DNA of 63,100 nt, counting the filler, from Reticulomyxa filosa (taxonomy: Eukaryota; Protista; Foraminifera): assembly GCA_000512085.1 (NCBI GenBank). It is 15 parts of 15 records of this genome, joined end to end, with 100 filler letters (N's around TTAATTAATTAA, not from the genome) between each part and the next. Parts side by side here need not be neighbours in the genome. Positions count along the whole stretch, not along the records: positions 38,603 to 49,070 come from ASPP01004799.1; positions 49,171 to 50,523 come from ASPP01025086.1; positions 50,624 to 57,479 come from ASPP01002606.1; 12 more parts are not named here. One strand, 5' to 3'. The notes below the pieces were generated by a model, which saw only the letters and a program-made list of their open reading frames with translations, had not been told where the DNA came from and made no database searches. The translations under genes were made by a program, and so were the position numbers. The first letter of the stretch is position 1. Each line of letters begins with the position of its first letter. Of this stretch, positions 38,841 to 53,920 are shown piece by piece.

Positions 38841-39111
38841 TCCTGTGTTATTAAGTTAGATATTTGTTATTGCAAATATTTATTGGGGTCTCGAGAGCCT
38901 CTCTTCTTAGGCTTTTTGTTTTTTCAACCCCCCTTTTTTCACCACAAAGTCGTACAATTTAGAATCCAAAGCATAATACTTACTTACACTTTAAAAATAA
39001 AAAGACGATATATCGATCAGACAACCTGTCACGTGTTTTTATTTTGTTTGCCAAAAAAAAAAAAAAGGGGGAAGGAAACAAAAATATAAAAAAAACTATT
39101 GGCAGCAACAT

Positions 39112-40244
39112 ATGCCCAACGAAATTGCAGGAAATTCTGGGACGAATCCATCAAAGGGGGTCCTGCCTCCTCCTCCAGCACATCCCCCTGCTCCAAAACC
39201 GAACAAGAATCTGAAGATCTTGTTAAGTGGTGGTTTTGCAGGAATGATAAGCAAGACGTGCACAGCACCGTTGGAACGAGTGCAGATACTAAACCAAACG
39301 GGAGCAACTCACGAGACAATAATGTCGACATTGAAGCACATTTTGACGAGAGACGGGACGATGGGTCTGTGGAAAGGGAACTTTGCCAATTGTGTGCGTA
39401 TATTTCCACACAAGTCGTTATTATTTGGGGTCAACGATTTTCTGGTGAAGCAAACCAAGTCCACGAGTTCATACGTCAACTTTTTCACAGGTGTGAGCCC
39501 CCCCCCCCCGAAATTACTATACTGTTTGGTTGATATCTGAAAGAGTATATATAAATATATATATATATATATATGTATTATGTGTGATTGTGTAAAAAAG
39601 GAGCAACCGCGGGAGCAGTGGCAACGACAATTACATATCCGATTGACTTAATACGAGCCCATTTGTCTGGCACGTGGGATCCAAACAGTAAATCCATGAT
39701 CCAGGTGACCAGATCCATCATTGTGAACGAGGGGGTTTCTGGCCTTTACAAAGGATTAGGTGTGACCTTGCTTGGCGCCTTTCCATATGAAGGCGTACGT
39801 ATCGGAGTGTACAGGTACTTTTTTTTTTTTTAAAAATAAAAAATGTGTGCACTAGGAAAATGATAACTAACTTATTTATTTATTTGTGATGGGGGGGGGA
39901 TTGTTGTTGGCAGTGTTCTTCGGGACTATATTCCGACAGTGGAGGCGTATAATAGCATACAACCACACCCGATCGGAAAGCTATGTGCGGGTGCACTTGC
40001 AGGTGCTGCGGCAGGTGCTGTCACTTATCCTACAGACACCGTTCGCCGAATGTTGCAAGTCCAAGGCGCAGACGGCTTGCCCAAATTCAGTGGTGTCATT
40101 GACTGCACAATCAGAACCTTTCGCGAAGGGGGTTTACTACGCTTCTACTCTGGACTGTCTGCCAAATTAGTTCGAGTCATTCCTGATGCTGCCATTTTGT
40201 TCCTTGCTTATGAAAGTCTTAAAAATTATTTTCAACATGATTGA
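39112..40244 (+). CDS. Mitochondrial carrier (SLC25), CoA / adenine-nucleotide carrier-like; 3 exons
   Basis: Three Px[DE]xx[KR] signatures (APLERVQ, YPIDLIR, YPTDTVRR), plus LSGGFAGMISKTCTAP, LWKGNFANCVRIFP and GLYKGLG. Confidence 0.93.
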
Positions 40245-40763
40245 ACTTCAATTTATTCCATTTCTCCCTTGTCTCTCTCAACCACTCATTTTTTACTCTT
40301 TTTTGTTGATTCCGATTATTAAAACATAATTGATGCTGTTGTTTGTCTTTTATTTCTTTTGTTCTGTTTTGTCTTGTTTGGTTTGTTTTAATTGGTTCTG
40401 GGTGCATATGGGAGTGTCTGATACTACTCAAATACATCTCCACACTGCATCGTTTGTTTTATCTTGGCTTGTGTGTTTGGGTGATTAACTTTTAGTTTTC
40501 CCCTTTTTTTTTTTTGTTCACATTCTTTAAACAAAATTTTTGCTTTTTTTTTTTAAATCATTAAAAAAAAGGACTTTGTAGTCACATCCCCTCAAAAAAA
40601 TAACAAATAAAAAAACACGACTTTGAGAGCGATGCAATTTCAATATACAAGTAGCAGGCATTTCTCAAAGAAGCAAACAAAATGATGATGAAAGATGAAG
40701 TAGTAATTGTTTTGGTTTTTTTTAATTTTGTTTTGTTTTATTTTTTTTTAATGTGAGGTTAAC

Positions 40764-42277
40764 TCAAGAAGAATTTTCAACACTCAATAAAAAAGCTATC
40801 AAAATAAGTTTCAAAAAAAAAAAAATTTGTGCGGATCGCTTGAGATTGAAAGTGTCTTTACAAATCGGTTTTTGTGTGGTCATTGCCTGAATCCTCTTGG
40901 CAGTGTCCTGGCCAGAGTCGATGTGAGTTTGTGGATCCGAGACGGAAGAGGCGCCGGATTGGCTGTCAGTGTCATTGGATGAGAGAGTGTGATTGTCCGT
41001 ACCATCTTCGTGTTTGTTCAGATCTTCGTTTGTGGGCAAAGATGGTGGTCGTGTGTATCGCATTTTCAACTTGAAGTAGCTAATATCTAAGTTTGTTGAC
41101 GCCGCGTCGCACAAACTTTTGTACTTTTGAATACAATACCCATCAAATTTGATTTTTACTTCTTTGTCATTGTCTTTCGTTTCTTGTCGTATCCTTGTTT
41201 TTTTATTTTAAAAAAATAAAAAATCAACAATAATAACATTAACAAAAAATTTTAATTTTTTTTTTTTTTTTTTAAATTCGTAGTCCCCCGTTCCCCCCCT
41301 CCCTCCCTCCCTCCTCTCTCTCCTCCTTCTCCTCATTTAGTCTCTTCCAGACAATAACTGTTTGATTAGTTTCTCTTGTTCGAGCAACCACTCTTCCAAA
41401 TGATCAGTGACAGTGAAACACATATCTTGCACCAATTTGTGCGTTTTGGACGTTGATTTTAGCAGCTTTGGTTTTTTGACGTGATAGTGCTTTGGCAACG
41501 CTTCTTTTTCCTTTTCAATGTCTGTCGTGTTGTCCTCTTCGCTGCTCTGCTTCAAAGAGTCGAGCAGCTGGTCATATTCCAATTGCTTTTTTTGTGACTC
41601 GACTGAGATGTTCGCTTCAATATCTTCCACAGTTTCTTGAGGAATCAAATATAAATTCCCATTTTTTCGTTTTCCTGTCGAATACTGGCCTGCCCTCCAT
41701 TCACGTACACACACACACACATATACATATACACACAAAACACATAACAGTGACCTTTGTCATGACAGATGCTTTTCATCTTATTTCATTTGCAAATGTT
41801 ACAAAAAAAAACATTGCTTTGTCAAAAAAAATAAACAAACAATATGTGTTCGTTCATCAAATGAACCTTGAATATTGTCACAAATGCCCTCCATTGCCAC
41901 GGAAATTCTGAGAAGGTCCGATTGTTTGCGAATTTTTTTACCCTTTTTTTTTTTAAAAAAAAAAAAAAAAGGGGAAAACTGGGCTTATTACGTGAATGTT
42001 ATGCGTTAACAAAAAAACAAAAAACAAACAAAAAAACAACAACAGTGGTTTTGGTCCTGATTGAACACAAAACTGCGGAGTCCAATCTAAAACCAAACAA
42101 AGCATCAAAGTTTGCAGAGTCGTCATAATAGGAATTGTTCAATGACGTCACAATAGTTTGGCAGGTGCTACAAAATAGTGACGTCAGATCCGCAGAAGAC
42201 TTGAATTTAGCTGGTACATCAGCTACCATTGCGCGAATAAGTATACAAGAGCACAAAAACAGAAAAATTCGCAACAT
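40764..42277 (-). CDS. Canopy (CNPY)/MSAP-like saposin-fold secretory-pathway protein; multi-exon
   Basis: Signal peptide MLRIFLFLCSCILIRA, then CSTCQTIV...GFRLDS. A short exon near 41880-41925 reads SDLLRISVAMEGICDN, followed by LVQDMC...LEEWL and YCIQKYKSLC. This six-Cys saposin-like spacing matches Canopy proteins. The 3' end is uncertain. Confidence 0.65.
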
Positions 42278-42805
42278 TTTGCAGAGGAACAAAAGCTACT
42301 GTTAGAAAAGATAATTGTTGAGAGTTTTCTGCTTCACTTCCAACGTGACTGAACTCTCCCTTCAAACTATGCCCAATTTTAGCGTATCTCTTTAAAAAAT
42401 TAGTAACATCTTTTTTCCACATTTGCTGCTTTTCAAAAGAAAATTTTCACAGTGGAATGATTTTCATGAATGAAATTTCAAATAAATTATTTTCAATATA
42501 CAGCAATTTTAACAAAAAAAACTTTATGCATCGCTTTTTTTGCGAATAAATGTTTAAATAGATAAACAAACAAACGTCTCTAAAGTTGAAATATGAATTT
42601 ATAAATAGAAAAGCAAATTAATTAAATACTTCAAAACAAAAAATGAGAATATTTTTTTGTTTAATGCTAAAAACCACACAAACTCTTTGATTAAGACTTA
42701 CAGAATATGTTTCGGCCTGCAGCTGAAACTAAAAAAAAAGGTTTTAAAAACGGTTTTTTGTTTGTAGGAGTTTTTATCTAAAGCTGTTAGAGTATTACCA
42801 TTAAC

Positions 42806-45800
42806 ATGACACAGCAAGACGAGAAGGATCCCTTGGCCGATTACACTGGTGTGTTGATGTACTGTACTTCAAACGAAAAGTCTACTAAATTACTGGGAAA
42901 GAGAAAACGAAACAAAAATAAAAACAGGCCCATGGATTGAGAAGCGCATTGAATGGACGTGCGACACGCGAAAACAATCAGTCGAATTATTTGGATCGTG
43001 GAATCGATTCAAAGGAGGCGACGACTTGGAATATCAAGGTGTGGATACCACACCATTCCCATTTTTTAAAAACAACAAAACAAACAAAATACATAATAAT
43101 CGTAAGAAAGATGAACAAAATTGAAGCTCATGAAAAAAAATCGAAACATACTACAGGACAAAATATATATGCTGTGACTGTGAAGTTACCTTTGGGAACG
43201 TATGTGTATCGATTTTTAATTGATGGAGAGGAATGGGAAACAAATTTGGGTGAGGCCAAGGCCATTCGAGATGGTTTTGAGTATAACACCATCACCGTCA
43301 AAGGTGTGCGCAATTTCCACTTGTAATTTTTTTGCCCCTTTTTTTTTTCGGCATTTTTTTTTGTATACGTTTTTTTCTATAAACACAACATCAAAAAAAA
43401 ACCCTTTTATGTTTGATGACGTTTTTTTATTTTTTTTATTTTTTCTTGGTCAAATAAACCCGAATTTTTAAAAAATGATTATTTAAAAAAAAAAACAGCC
43501 AATGACGCAGAGAGCAGTGAAGACGAAGAAGCTCAAGAAGAAAACAAAGAAGATGTCAACGAACAAATGCTTACTTACGATGAATCGACCGGAGGATTTG
43601 TTGTTGGCAAAGGGTAAGTTTTTTTTTTTTTCATCAACTCTCCAACCTTTTTATTTTCACGATTTTGCTTCAAGTTTTCCGGGATTTAACATTAATGAGG
43701 AAAGAAAAATGGGCTCCCCAAATCCAAAGATTTTTTTTATTGAAATAAAAATGTAGCAAAAAAAGAAAAAGACGTGGCCGTCCAAGTATCGAGATTGAGC
43801 TTCCATCAAACTTTGTCGAAGCTGCTCCTTCTGAACCACAACAACAACAAGCGACGACCACTGAACCGTTAAGATAAAAAGAGAAAAGAAAAAAATCCTC
43901 TCCTCTTTTTTTTTTTAGTAAATCCTTTTTTAAATTTTAAGTTTTCAAAATTTTACAGCCCAATGTACGTATACTTATATTGTAAATTTAAAAAAATAGG
44001 TCGGAAAGTGTCGCTGAAAAACAATCTGAAGGAGCAGAAAAAAGCAAGAGCCGAAAAAAAAAGAAAGGCAAAATGAGAGGATTTGGAATGGCTAGGAATG
44101 ATGTTGATGTTAAGTAAATTTTGATTAGTGGGATAACTCAACAAAAAGAATGAGGACATCCTAAAAAAAAACATTTTCCCGCACACAATACTTTTTAAAA
44201 AATGGTTGAAAAGAAAAAATTAATAAAGTCCTTGTTCGATAAATACTTTTACATTGTTATGTTGGATGGTTGATACAGTTAAAGCAATTGTTTAAAGAAA
44301 AGGAAGAAGAATGGGCTCGGATGGTCTTTGTCCAACAATTGCGACAACAACAACAACACAATGATGAAGTGAACCGAGTCAAAACGCTTTGGAAACAAGA
44401 ACGACAAGTGCGTGTTGACATGCAAAAGCGAGTCCAAATGAAAAATAAAGAACTCGAGCAAAAAATCATTGAATTGACAGGAGAAATTGATAAACTAAAA
44501 GTATGTTTCCATTTTTTTTTTTGTGTTTGTTTGATCAAGTTTTGGTTGTGTTTGCATTGCAAAGAAACAAGCGGAAATTCAAGCCGGAGGTGATAACAAG
44601 CAAACAGCCTTGTTGGAAGACGCAATGAAAAAAAAAGATCAAGAAATTGAATCTAAAACAGACGAACTCAAAGCTGCTCGTGAACAAATTACTATTTTGA
44701 GAAAAGAAAAAGTTAAGAAAGCAAACATTGACAATTTGTTGTAATCTTGAATTTGTCAGTTACTCTTGTTGGTTTGCTTGTTTTGATAGACGGAACTCGA
44801 AAAAAATTCACGAAGCCAAACAGGAGACTTGGAAAATGAAAAACGATCCTTATTGGGCGAATTGAATAGACTACAAACTGAATTAAGCTCTATTCAAACC
44901 CAAAATGAAGCCTTGCGCAAAAACATTGACGTCATTAGATCTGGTAATTCTGAAACAAGGACGTTAGAAACACAACGTTTTGCAACTTTGCAAGCCAATT
45001 GGGAAGTTGAGCAAAAGACTAAAACATAATTTAACAAGCAAAGGGCATAATTTGTTTATTTTGTGAATTGTCTTAAATAGGAAGAAAAAAGGATTTATTG
45101 AAATACAAAGACGAGGTTAAACGATTAAAAGGAGAATTGTCTGAAAAAGAGACAGAATTACAAAAAGAAGCCGAAGCAAAAAGGGCAAGTGACCAACATA
45201 GCCATAGTGAACGAACCAAAAATGAAAGTTTGCAAGAGAAAATAAGAGAAATGGAAAAAGAAATTGCAGGATTGAGTGATGTCTCTAAGCACAATGCGGC
45301 AATTAAGTCAGCCGTAGAAAAAGAGCGAAGCGAGTTGGAAGGAGAAAAAAAGACATTGGAAGAAAAAATTGAAATACTTGAAAAACGGCTTACATCTCAA
45401 AAGAGTAATTTTGAAGAGGAATTACACCGTGTTAAAGCGCAAGCCAAGGCAGATTTGGACTCTTTAGCCGAAAAAACGGACAAGGAAGCAGCAGGACGAT
45501 TGGAAGAATTGCGAGTGCTCATCACACAAAAAGATGACGAGATTCGTGGTGCCAAGGAAAGAATTGTTAAATTGGAGGATGGATTGAACGAAGCAAGAAA
45601 CACTGGAGAAAACTTGTCCAAGAAATCGACAGCTTTGAGCGACGAATTGGAAGTGACCAAAAAGGAAAAAAGAGAATTAGAAAAGGAAAAAACCGATTTG
45701 TCTGGACATGTCGAAAAATTGAAGGAAGAATTAAAAGAGAAAGAGTCGTCTGCACAAAATGCGGAAAGTGCAGCATCGAACAAGATCAACAACTTGGAAA

Positions 45801-47699
45801 AAGAATTGGCAGCTCACAAAGAAAAATCCACAAACGAAATCAACTCGGTGGAGGCGTCAAACCGAAAGTTGTCAGAACAAATTGACGGTCTTAAAAAAGA
45901 ATTGTCTGATAAATCCTCTGAAAGCACTTCGCTTGCAGACAAGCTCAGACAAGCGGTTGATGATATCGGCACTTTGCGTAATTCGGAATCATCATTGAAA
46001 GGACAAGTCGAGGGACTGAACAATCAATTAGCAAAAGAACGCGAAGACACTCAAACCGCTTTGAAAGAGAGAGACAGCAAAATTGATGCTCTTTATGGAC
46101 AAATGGAAAAGTCGCTCGGAGAAAAAGATAGCAAAATTGGTGATTTGGAGGGAAGATTGGTGGAAACACAAAAAAGTTTGGAACAGAAATTGTCCGAATT
46201 CCAAAATTCGCAAACAACAATCGAGAAATTAAATGTTGAAATCAAGGCAAATGCCAATCAGTTCGAACGTGAAAAAGCAGCATATGAAGAGCGAATTGCT
46301 ACAGCCGCCACTAAAGATGAAAAGATTATGAAGAAATGCAAAGACATATCCCAAACTTTCACAACCCTTCAAAAAGAAATGAACGAAATCAAAACCGCTA
46401 AGATCGAACAATTAGAAAAGATGAACGAATTCTTCCCTAATTTCAAAGATCTGTTGACACGCTCTTTTGGCTTCCATCAAAACTTGGTGGATGGATTGAT
46501 GGAAAAATACAAGTCCGAGCTTACCTTGCGTCGTAAATACTTCAACATGTTGCAAGATTTGCGAGGAAATATCCGAGTATTCTGTCGAGTCCGACCATTA
46601 TTGCCATTTGAAATTAAAAAAGGATACTCTGAGTGTATCACATTCCCAGTGGAAGGCTCAATGCTGATTAAAGATGACAAAGATCAACAGTTGAAATTTG
46701 ACTTTGATCAAGTGTACACTCCACAAACTTCTCAAGAAAAGGTGTCAGAAGATACTACTGAGTATGTGCAATCGGTGATGGACGGATACAACGTCAGTAT
46801 TTTTGCCTACGGTCAAACCGGAAGTGGAAAGACTTACACAATGAACGGACCACCAGAAAACCCTGGTGTCAACTTGAGAGCTTTGAAGAACTTGTTCAAA
46901 TTGGCACAAGACAGAAAGCCGATGTTTGAATACGAGATCAAAGTGTCCATTTTTGAAATTTACAATGAGGAAGTTCGAGACTTGTTGTCTGGCATCGAAA
47001 AAGGAAAGAAAAAGAAAAAAGATGAAAAACCTGCCAAGAAAGAAAAACTTCAACATAAGATTTTGCATTTGCCTGATGGATCCGTCGAAGTTACAAACTT
47101 AAACTGGATCTATGTCGAAACAGACCAAGACGTCGTTGAATTGGACGATGTTGCCAAAGCAAACCGTACCGCAGGTGTCACAGATATGAACGCACACTCT
47201 TCGCGATCGCACATGTTGTTAGTCGTTGATGTTAAAGGGTTTAACGTTCCTGCCAATATTGAGTATATTGGTAAACTTTATTTGGTGGATTTGGCCGGAT
47301 CAGAACGTGTCAAAAAATCAGGAGCAACAGGTCAGGCATTGCTGGAGGCACAAAATATTAACCAATCGCTCTCTGCTTTAGGAAACTGCATGCAAGCATT
47401 ACAACAGAAGAAATTTGTTCCTTATCGAGACTCGACATTGACAGATATTATGACTAATGCTTTAGGTTTGTTCAAAATAATGTTTGTGTTTTTGCTGGAC
47501 GAGACAAACATAAATTTTTTTTTAAACAGGTGGAAATGCCAAAACAGTCATGTTTATCAATTGTTGCCCGACTGCAGAGCATGCCTTTGAAACAGTTTCA
47601 TCTCTGAAATTTGCAGAAAGAGTCGGAAAAGTGGAACTGGGTCAAGCAAAACAACAAAAGACAGCACCCAAAAAAGCAAAGCCAGAAACCAAGCAGTAA
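42806..47699 (+). CDS. Kinesin-14 (C-terminal motor, KIFC-like) with an N-terminal CBM48/AMPK-beta glycogen-binding domain and a long coiled coil
   Basis: Motor motifs: neck LRGNIRVFCRVRP, P-loop GQTGSGKT, switch I NAHSSRSH, switch II LVDLAGSER, VPYRDSTLT, LGGNAKTVMF, ETVSSLKFAERV. Upstream GT-AG exons splice in phase from ATG 42806. Exons 2-3 give IEWTCDTRKQSVELFGSWNRF...VKLPLGTYVYRFLIDGEEW...YNTITV. One junction (45081) needs one extra A in an A run or an alternative splice. Confidence 0.88.
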
Positions 47700-48278
47700 A
47701 ATACACACAGATCAAACATCAAACAGCAAAAAAAATGTTTTTTTTTCATGCTCTTTTTTCCCTTTTTTTGTTTTAGTTTGTGGTGGTTTTTGTTGTTTGA
47801 ATTTGTTTTGTTCTTTTTGGTTGATATGCTTGAGAGTGGCATTTTTGGAGTTGTAAAAAACAAAAACAATTGGTTTGAGAATACGCAATGGTTTTTTTTT
47901 GAAATATCCCTATTTTTGTCATGTTGCCGGGGATTGGCATCGTGACTATAACAAATTTGTACATAATTCTTTGAAGTATTTTTCAGAGCAACGGAAATAA
48001 ATTTAGAGGAGATCAATCCACTCAATTTTTTTTTAAAGAAATGACCAATTTATTAGATTGGAAGAACTACTACAACCCAAAGTGATAATACTATTGATTA
48101 TTACTCCTTTTTTTACCTATATCTTGTTTATAGAGCAGCACAGTTAAATTTGTGTGCGAACTTTTTTTCCTAAATAATTAGCAGGATTAAGAAAAAGAGA
48201 ACATCCAAAGAGACGTACCGAAACACCAACTTTGTGTTTTTTTGTTTGTTTGATTAGACCCTTTAATCATTGTAAAAA

Positions 48279-49028
48279 ATGTGGCTGGATCCGGTGTTAG
48301 TAGGTCTAAACATTGTAAGTATAGTGTTGTTGATAATTTTGACGCTAAATTCAGAAGCACCACTGAAAAGAGTGATAGTGAACAGTGGCTACATAACGAT
48401 GTTGTACCAAGGTTGGTCGTGGTGCGTGATATTTGTAGTAAAGCTGTTATTATATCAAGTGTTTTCGTATTTCTACTACACAAGCCGTATTCCAAACATA
48501 TTGGAATATTTGTTCGACCGCAATAAAATGGCGATGATGTTTCCAGACGCCACAAGAATAGCCGAAGAAGAAGTGGACAGCATTGCGTGGAGAATGCATC
48601 AATGCATGTTGTTTGTAGTATTTAGCATGGGGATCAAATATATATTGCAATTGATCGTAACGAACGAAACGACGGAAGCATTGAAGCAATACCAATTGAA
48701 AAGCAAGTATTCTTACATATTCGATGCATTAACCGGAGAGTACGTATTTCAGCCGGGAAGAGTGTTGGACAGTCTGAGCGGTGCCAATGGCGACGCAATT
48801 GAATTGGGAGACAAGTTGCTCTCGCGCAATCGCGCAGACAAGTTTAACGCGTTTGAAGAGTCCATTATGCGTTACCAATTGGAGACGTGGAAGCCATGGC
48901 CCAGCGAAGTTATGGAATTTACAAGGTTGTATCAATTATTCGCTAATGTCCATGTCAGCGGCATTCAAAACATTCCATCGGACACTCCTTCCCTAATCAT
49001 TACTAATCATGCTTTAGGCCATGGGTAA
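48279..49028 (+). CDS. Membrane protein with the start of a PlsC/LPLAT-type acyltransferase domain (3' incomplete)
   Basis: Three hydrophobic segments, then VHVSGIQNIPSDTPSLIITNHA, the typical 'G.ENIP..P.LIV.NH' entry into the acyltransferase HxxxxD motif. Cut by an intron and the contig end. Confidence 0.7.
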   Translation: MWLDPVLVGLNIVSIVLLIILTLNSEAPLKRVIVNSGYITMLYQGWSWCVIFVVKLLLYQVFSYFYYTSRIPNILEYLFDRNKMAMMFPDATRIAEEEVDSIAWRMHQCMLFVVFSMGIKYILQLIVTNETTEALKQYQLKSKYSYIFDALTGEYVFQPGRVLDSLSGANGDAIELGDKLLSRNRADKFNAFEESIMRYQLETWKPWPSEVMEFTRLYQLFANVHVSGIQNIPSDTPSLIITNHALGHG

Positions 49029-50623
49029 ATCATATAATTAATAAAATATATGTATATGTAATATGATATGNNNNNNNNNNNNNNNNNNNNNNNNNNNNNN
49101 NNNNNNNNNNNNNNTTAATTAATTAANNNNNNNNNNNNNNNNNNNNNNNNNNNNNNNNNNNNNNNNNNNNTGCTGCTAAGTGATTATTCAATGTACAGCT
49201 CGTTGTTGTCACTCAAAGCAAAAAATAATGTGATAAAAACACAAAAACGTACGTAAGTACAACTCTGCTAAAAGTGAGAAAACGAGATATGTCCTTTCCT
49301 TTAGTCTAGTCATTAAAAAAAGTGTGACTACAAGTACACATCTTTAGTCAAAGCACTTTTCGAGCTTAAAACAAAAAATAGTCTTATGACTTATAACAAC
49401 TCGAATTGTTTGAAAAATTATCAGCTTTTTGTACTGAGAATGATATTCGTAATTAGATACTTGAAACTTATCAGACGATTTTTCAGCGCGCAAAGTGCTT
49501 ATTCAATGTACAGTTCGTTGTCACAAACATATACGTAAGTAAGATTTCGCCAAGGGTTGGAAAACGTTATGCAAATACGAATACGTTTTGATTCAAAGGT
49601 TTTCAATGACTAAAAAAGTTATTCAAACAACAATTACAGTAAATTTGCGTTGCAACACATTATTGAATGTTGAGTTTCGACAAATCCACAGGCTTTATTT
49701 TCCATGTGATAGTTTCTTTTTTTTAGAACACAAAAAAAATTGTTATGACGTATGCACAAAAGTTTGTCTAGTGTGCAAAAAGGAAAAGTGCTTGATTGGA
49801 AACGTATCCCTTGTGGCAAAACATTTTTTTGACTTTAGTTTTTTGGAAACGTTTCAAAAGACAATATTAAGTTTACAATTTTTTTCCAATGTAGCCCTTG
49901 CCATGTAATCACTTTGCAGTCGAATTTGTGTATTCCTTTCTTTTTTTTTTGCGAGTAATGCATGATTCAGAAAATAAAATGTTATATTGTTTTAATCCTT
50001 CAATTCGAGTTGTTAATTAATGCAACTATTTTTTTTTTGGAACAATAAGTAATGAATTGCAAAAAAAATGTTTGATCTATTGATCCAAAATAATTCATAA
50101 TACAGTTTTTCTGAAGGATAATCATACCCAGTGGTAAAATAGCTTCAAGATATTGCAATGCATTGACAAATTGCAAAAAGGTGTTATTGGTATAAAATAC
50201 ATAGATATCTAAGAATACATTTGTAATTTTGATCACTTTTCATTTGTTACATGAACATCTTTGTTCAAAATATTCTGAAAAAATAATTTAATTTTATATT
50301 ATGGTTTATAGATGCGATATACAAAATACAAAAATAATTCAAGAATCACTTATATGATTTGTTCCTCCAGAAAAACTATAAAATGAATTGAAGTGACTCC
50401 AAAAAAAAGTAGTTTGTTTTTATGCAACAAACACGATAAAAAAAACTGTATTGAAATTACTAGATTATTATTCCAATAATTCTCTTTAAAGTATTTTTAG
50501 AATAAAATCTTGTACGCTTAGAGNNNNNNNNNNNNNNNNNNNNNNNNNNNNNNNNNNNNNNNNNNNNTTAATTAATTAANNNNNNNNNNNNNNNNNNNNN
50601 NNNNNNNNNNNNNNNNNNNNNNN

Positions 50624-50722
50624 GTATCATTTGCACTTTTATTAAAATTAAGAAATTTTCAAATTTTTTTGTTTACATTTTAGAAATCTCCAAGTCGCGT
50701 AGATATTTTTTTAAAAAAAAAT
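50624..50722 (+). repeat. ~100-bp direct repeat, copy 1 (copy 2 at 57292-57391)
   Basis: GTATCATTTGCACTTTTATTAAAATTAAGAAATTTTCAAAT...GAAATCTCCAAGTC(G/A)CGTAGATA recurs with only a few differences. Confidence 0.92.
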
Positions 50723-51273
50723 TTTGATTAAATGTTGTTTTTTCATGGAGAAATACAATCATCTCTATAAGGTGGCATTTTAGGTGTCAACTTTCTTTTT
50801 TATCTTACTGTAATTCAAATTTTTACATTTCATTGGTTAATTATTTTAAAATACTTTTGTTAAGCCTTTTAAAACAGGTAGTATGTGTAAAGCTCCATTT
50901 CTGTGAAAAACAAAATAAAAAGCGATTTGGAGATTAATATATGCAAAGATTTCATTGCAAGGTATACTTAGCCTCTTTATATTGCTAGCTAACGTATAAA
51001 TAATCACTTTTTATCAGATTTTGACAAATTTTGTGTTATAGCTTATCTGAAACTTTTCAGAAATTGTAATTTGGAAAGAAAATATTGTGATTAGATTGTG
51101 ATGTAAATTTGAATTGATTAAAAAAGAAAGAGCAGTGCATAAATCCAACACAAATTAATGTAATTGAACGATACACCAAAAAGCAATCAAAAATTGAAAT
51201 CTGTTCGTCATTTCTTTAGCAAAATAATGTTTTTTGAAAATCTATATTTTAAAAAATTTGGAAAATCTACTGA

Positions 51274-53920
<2,647 letters not shown>

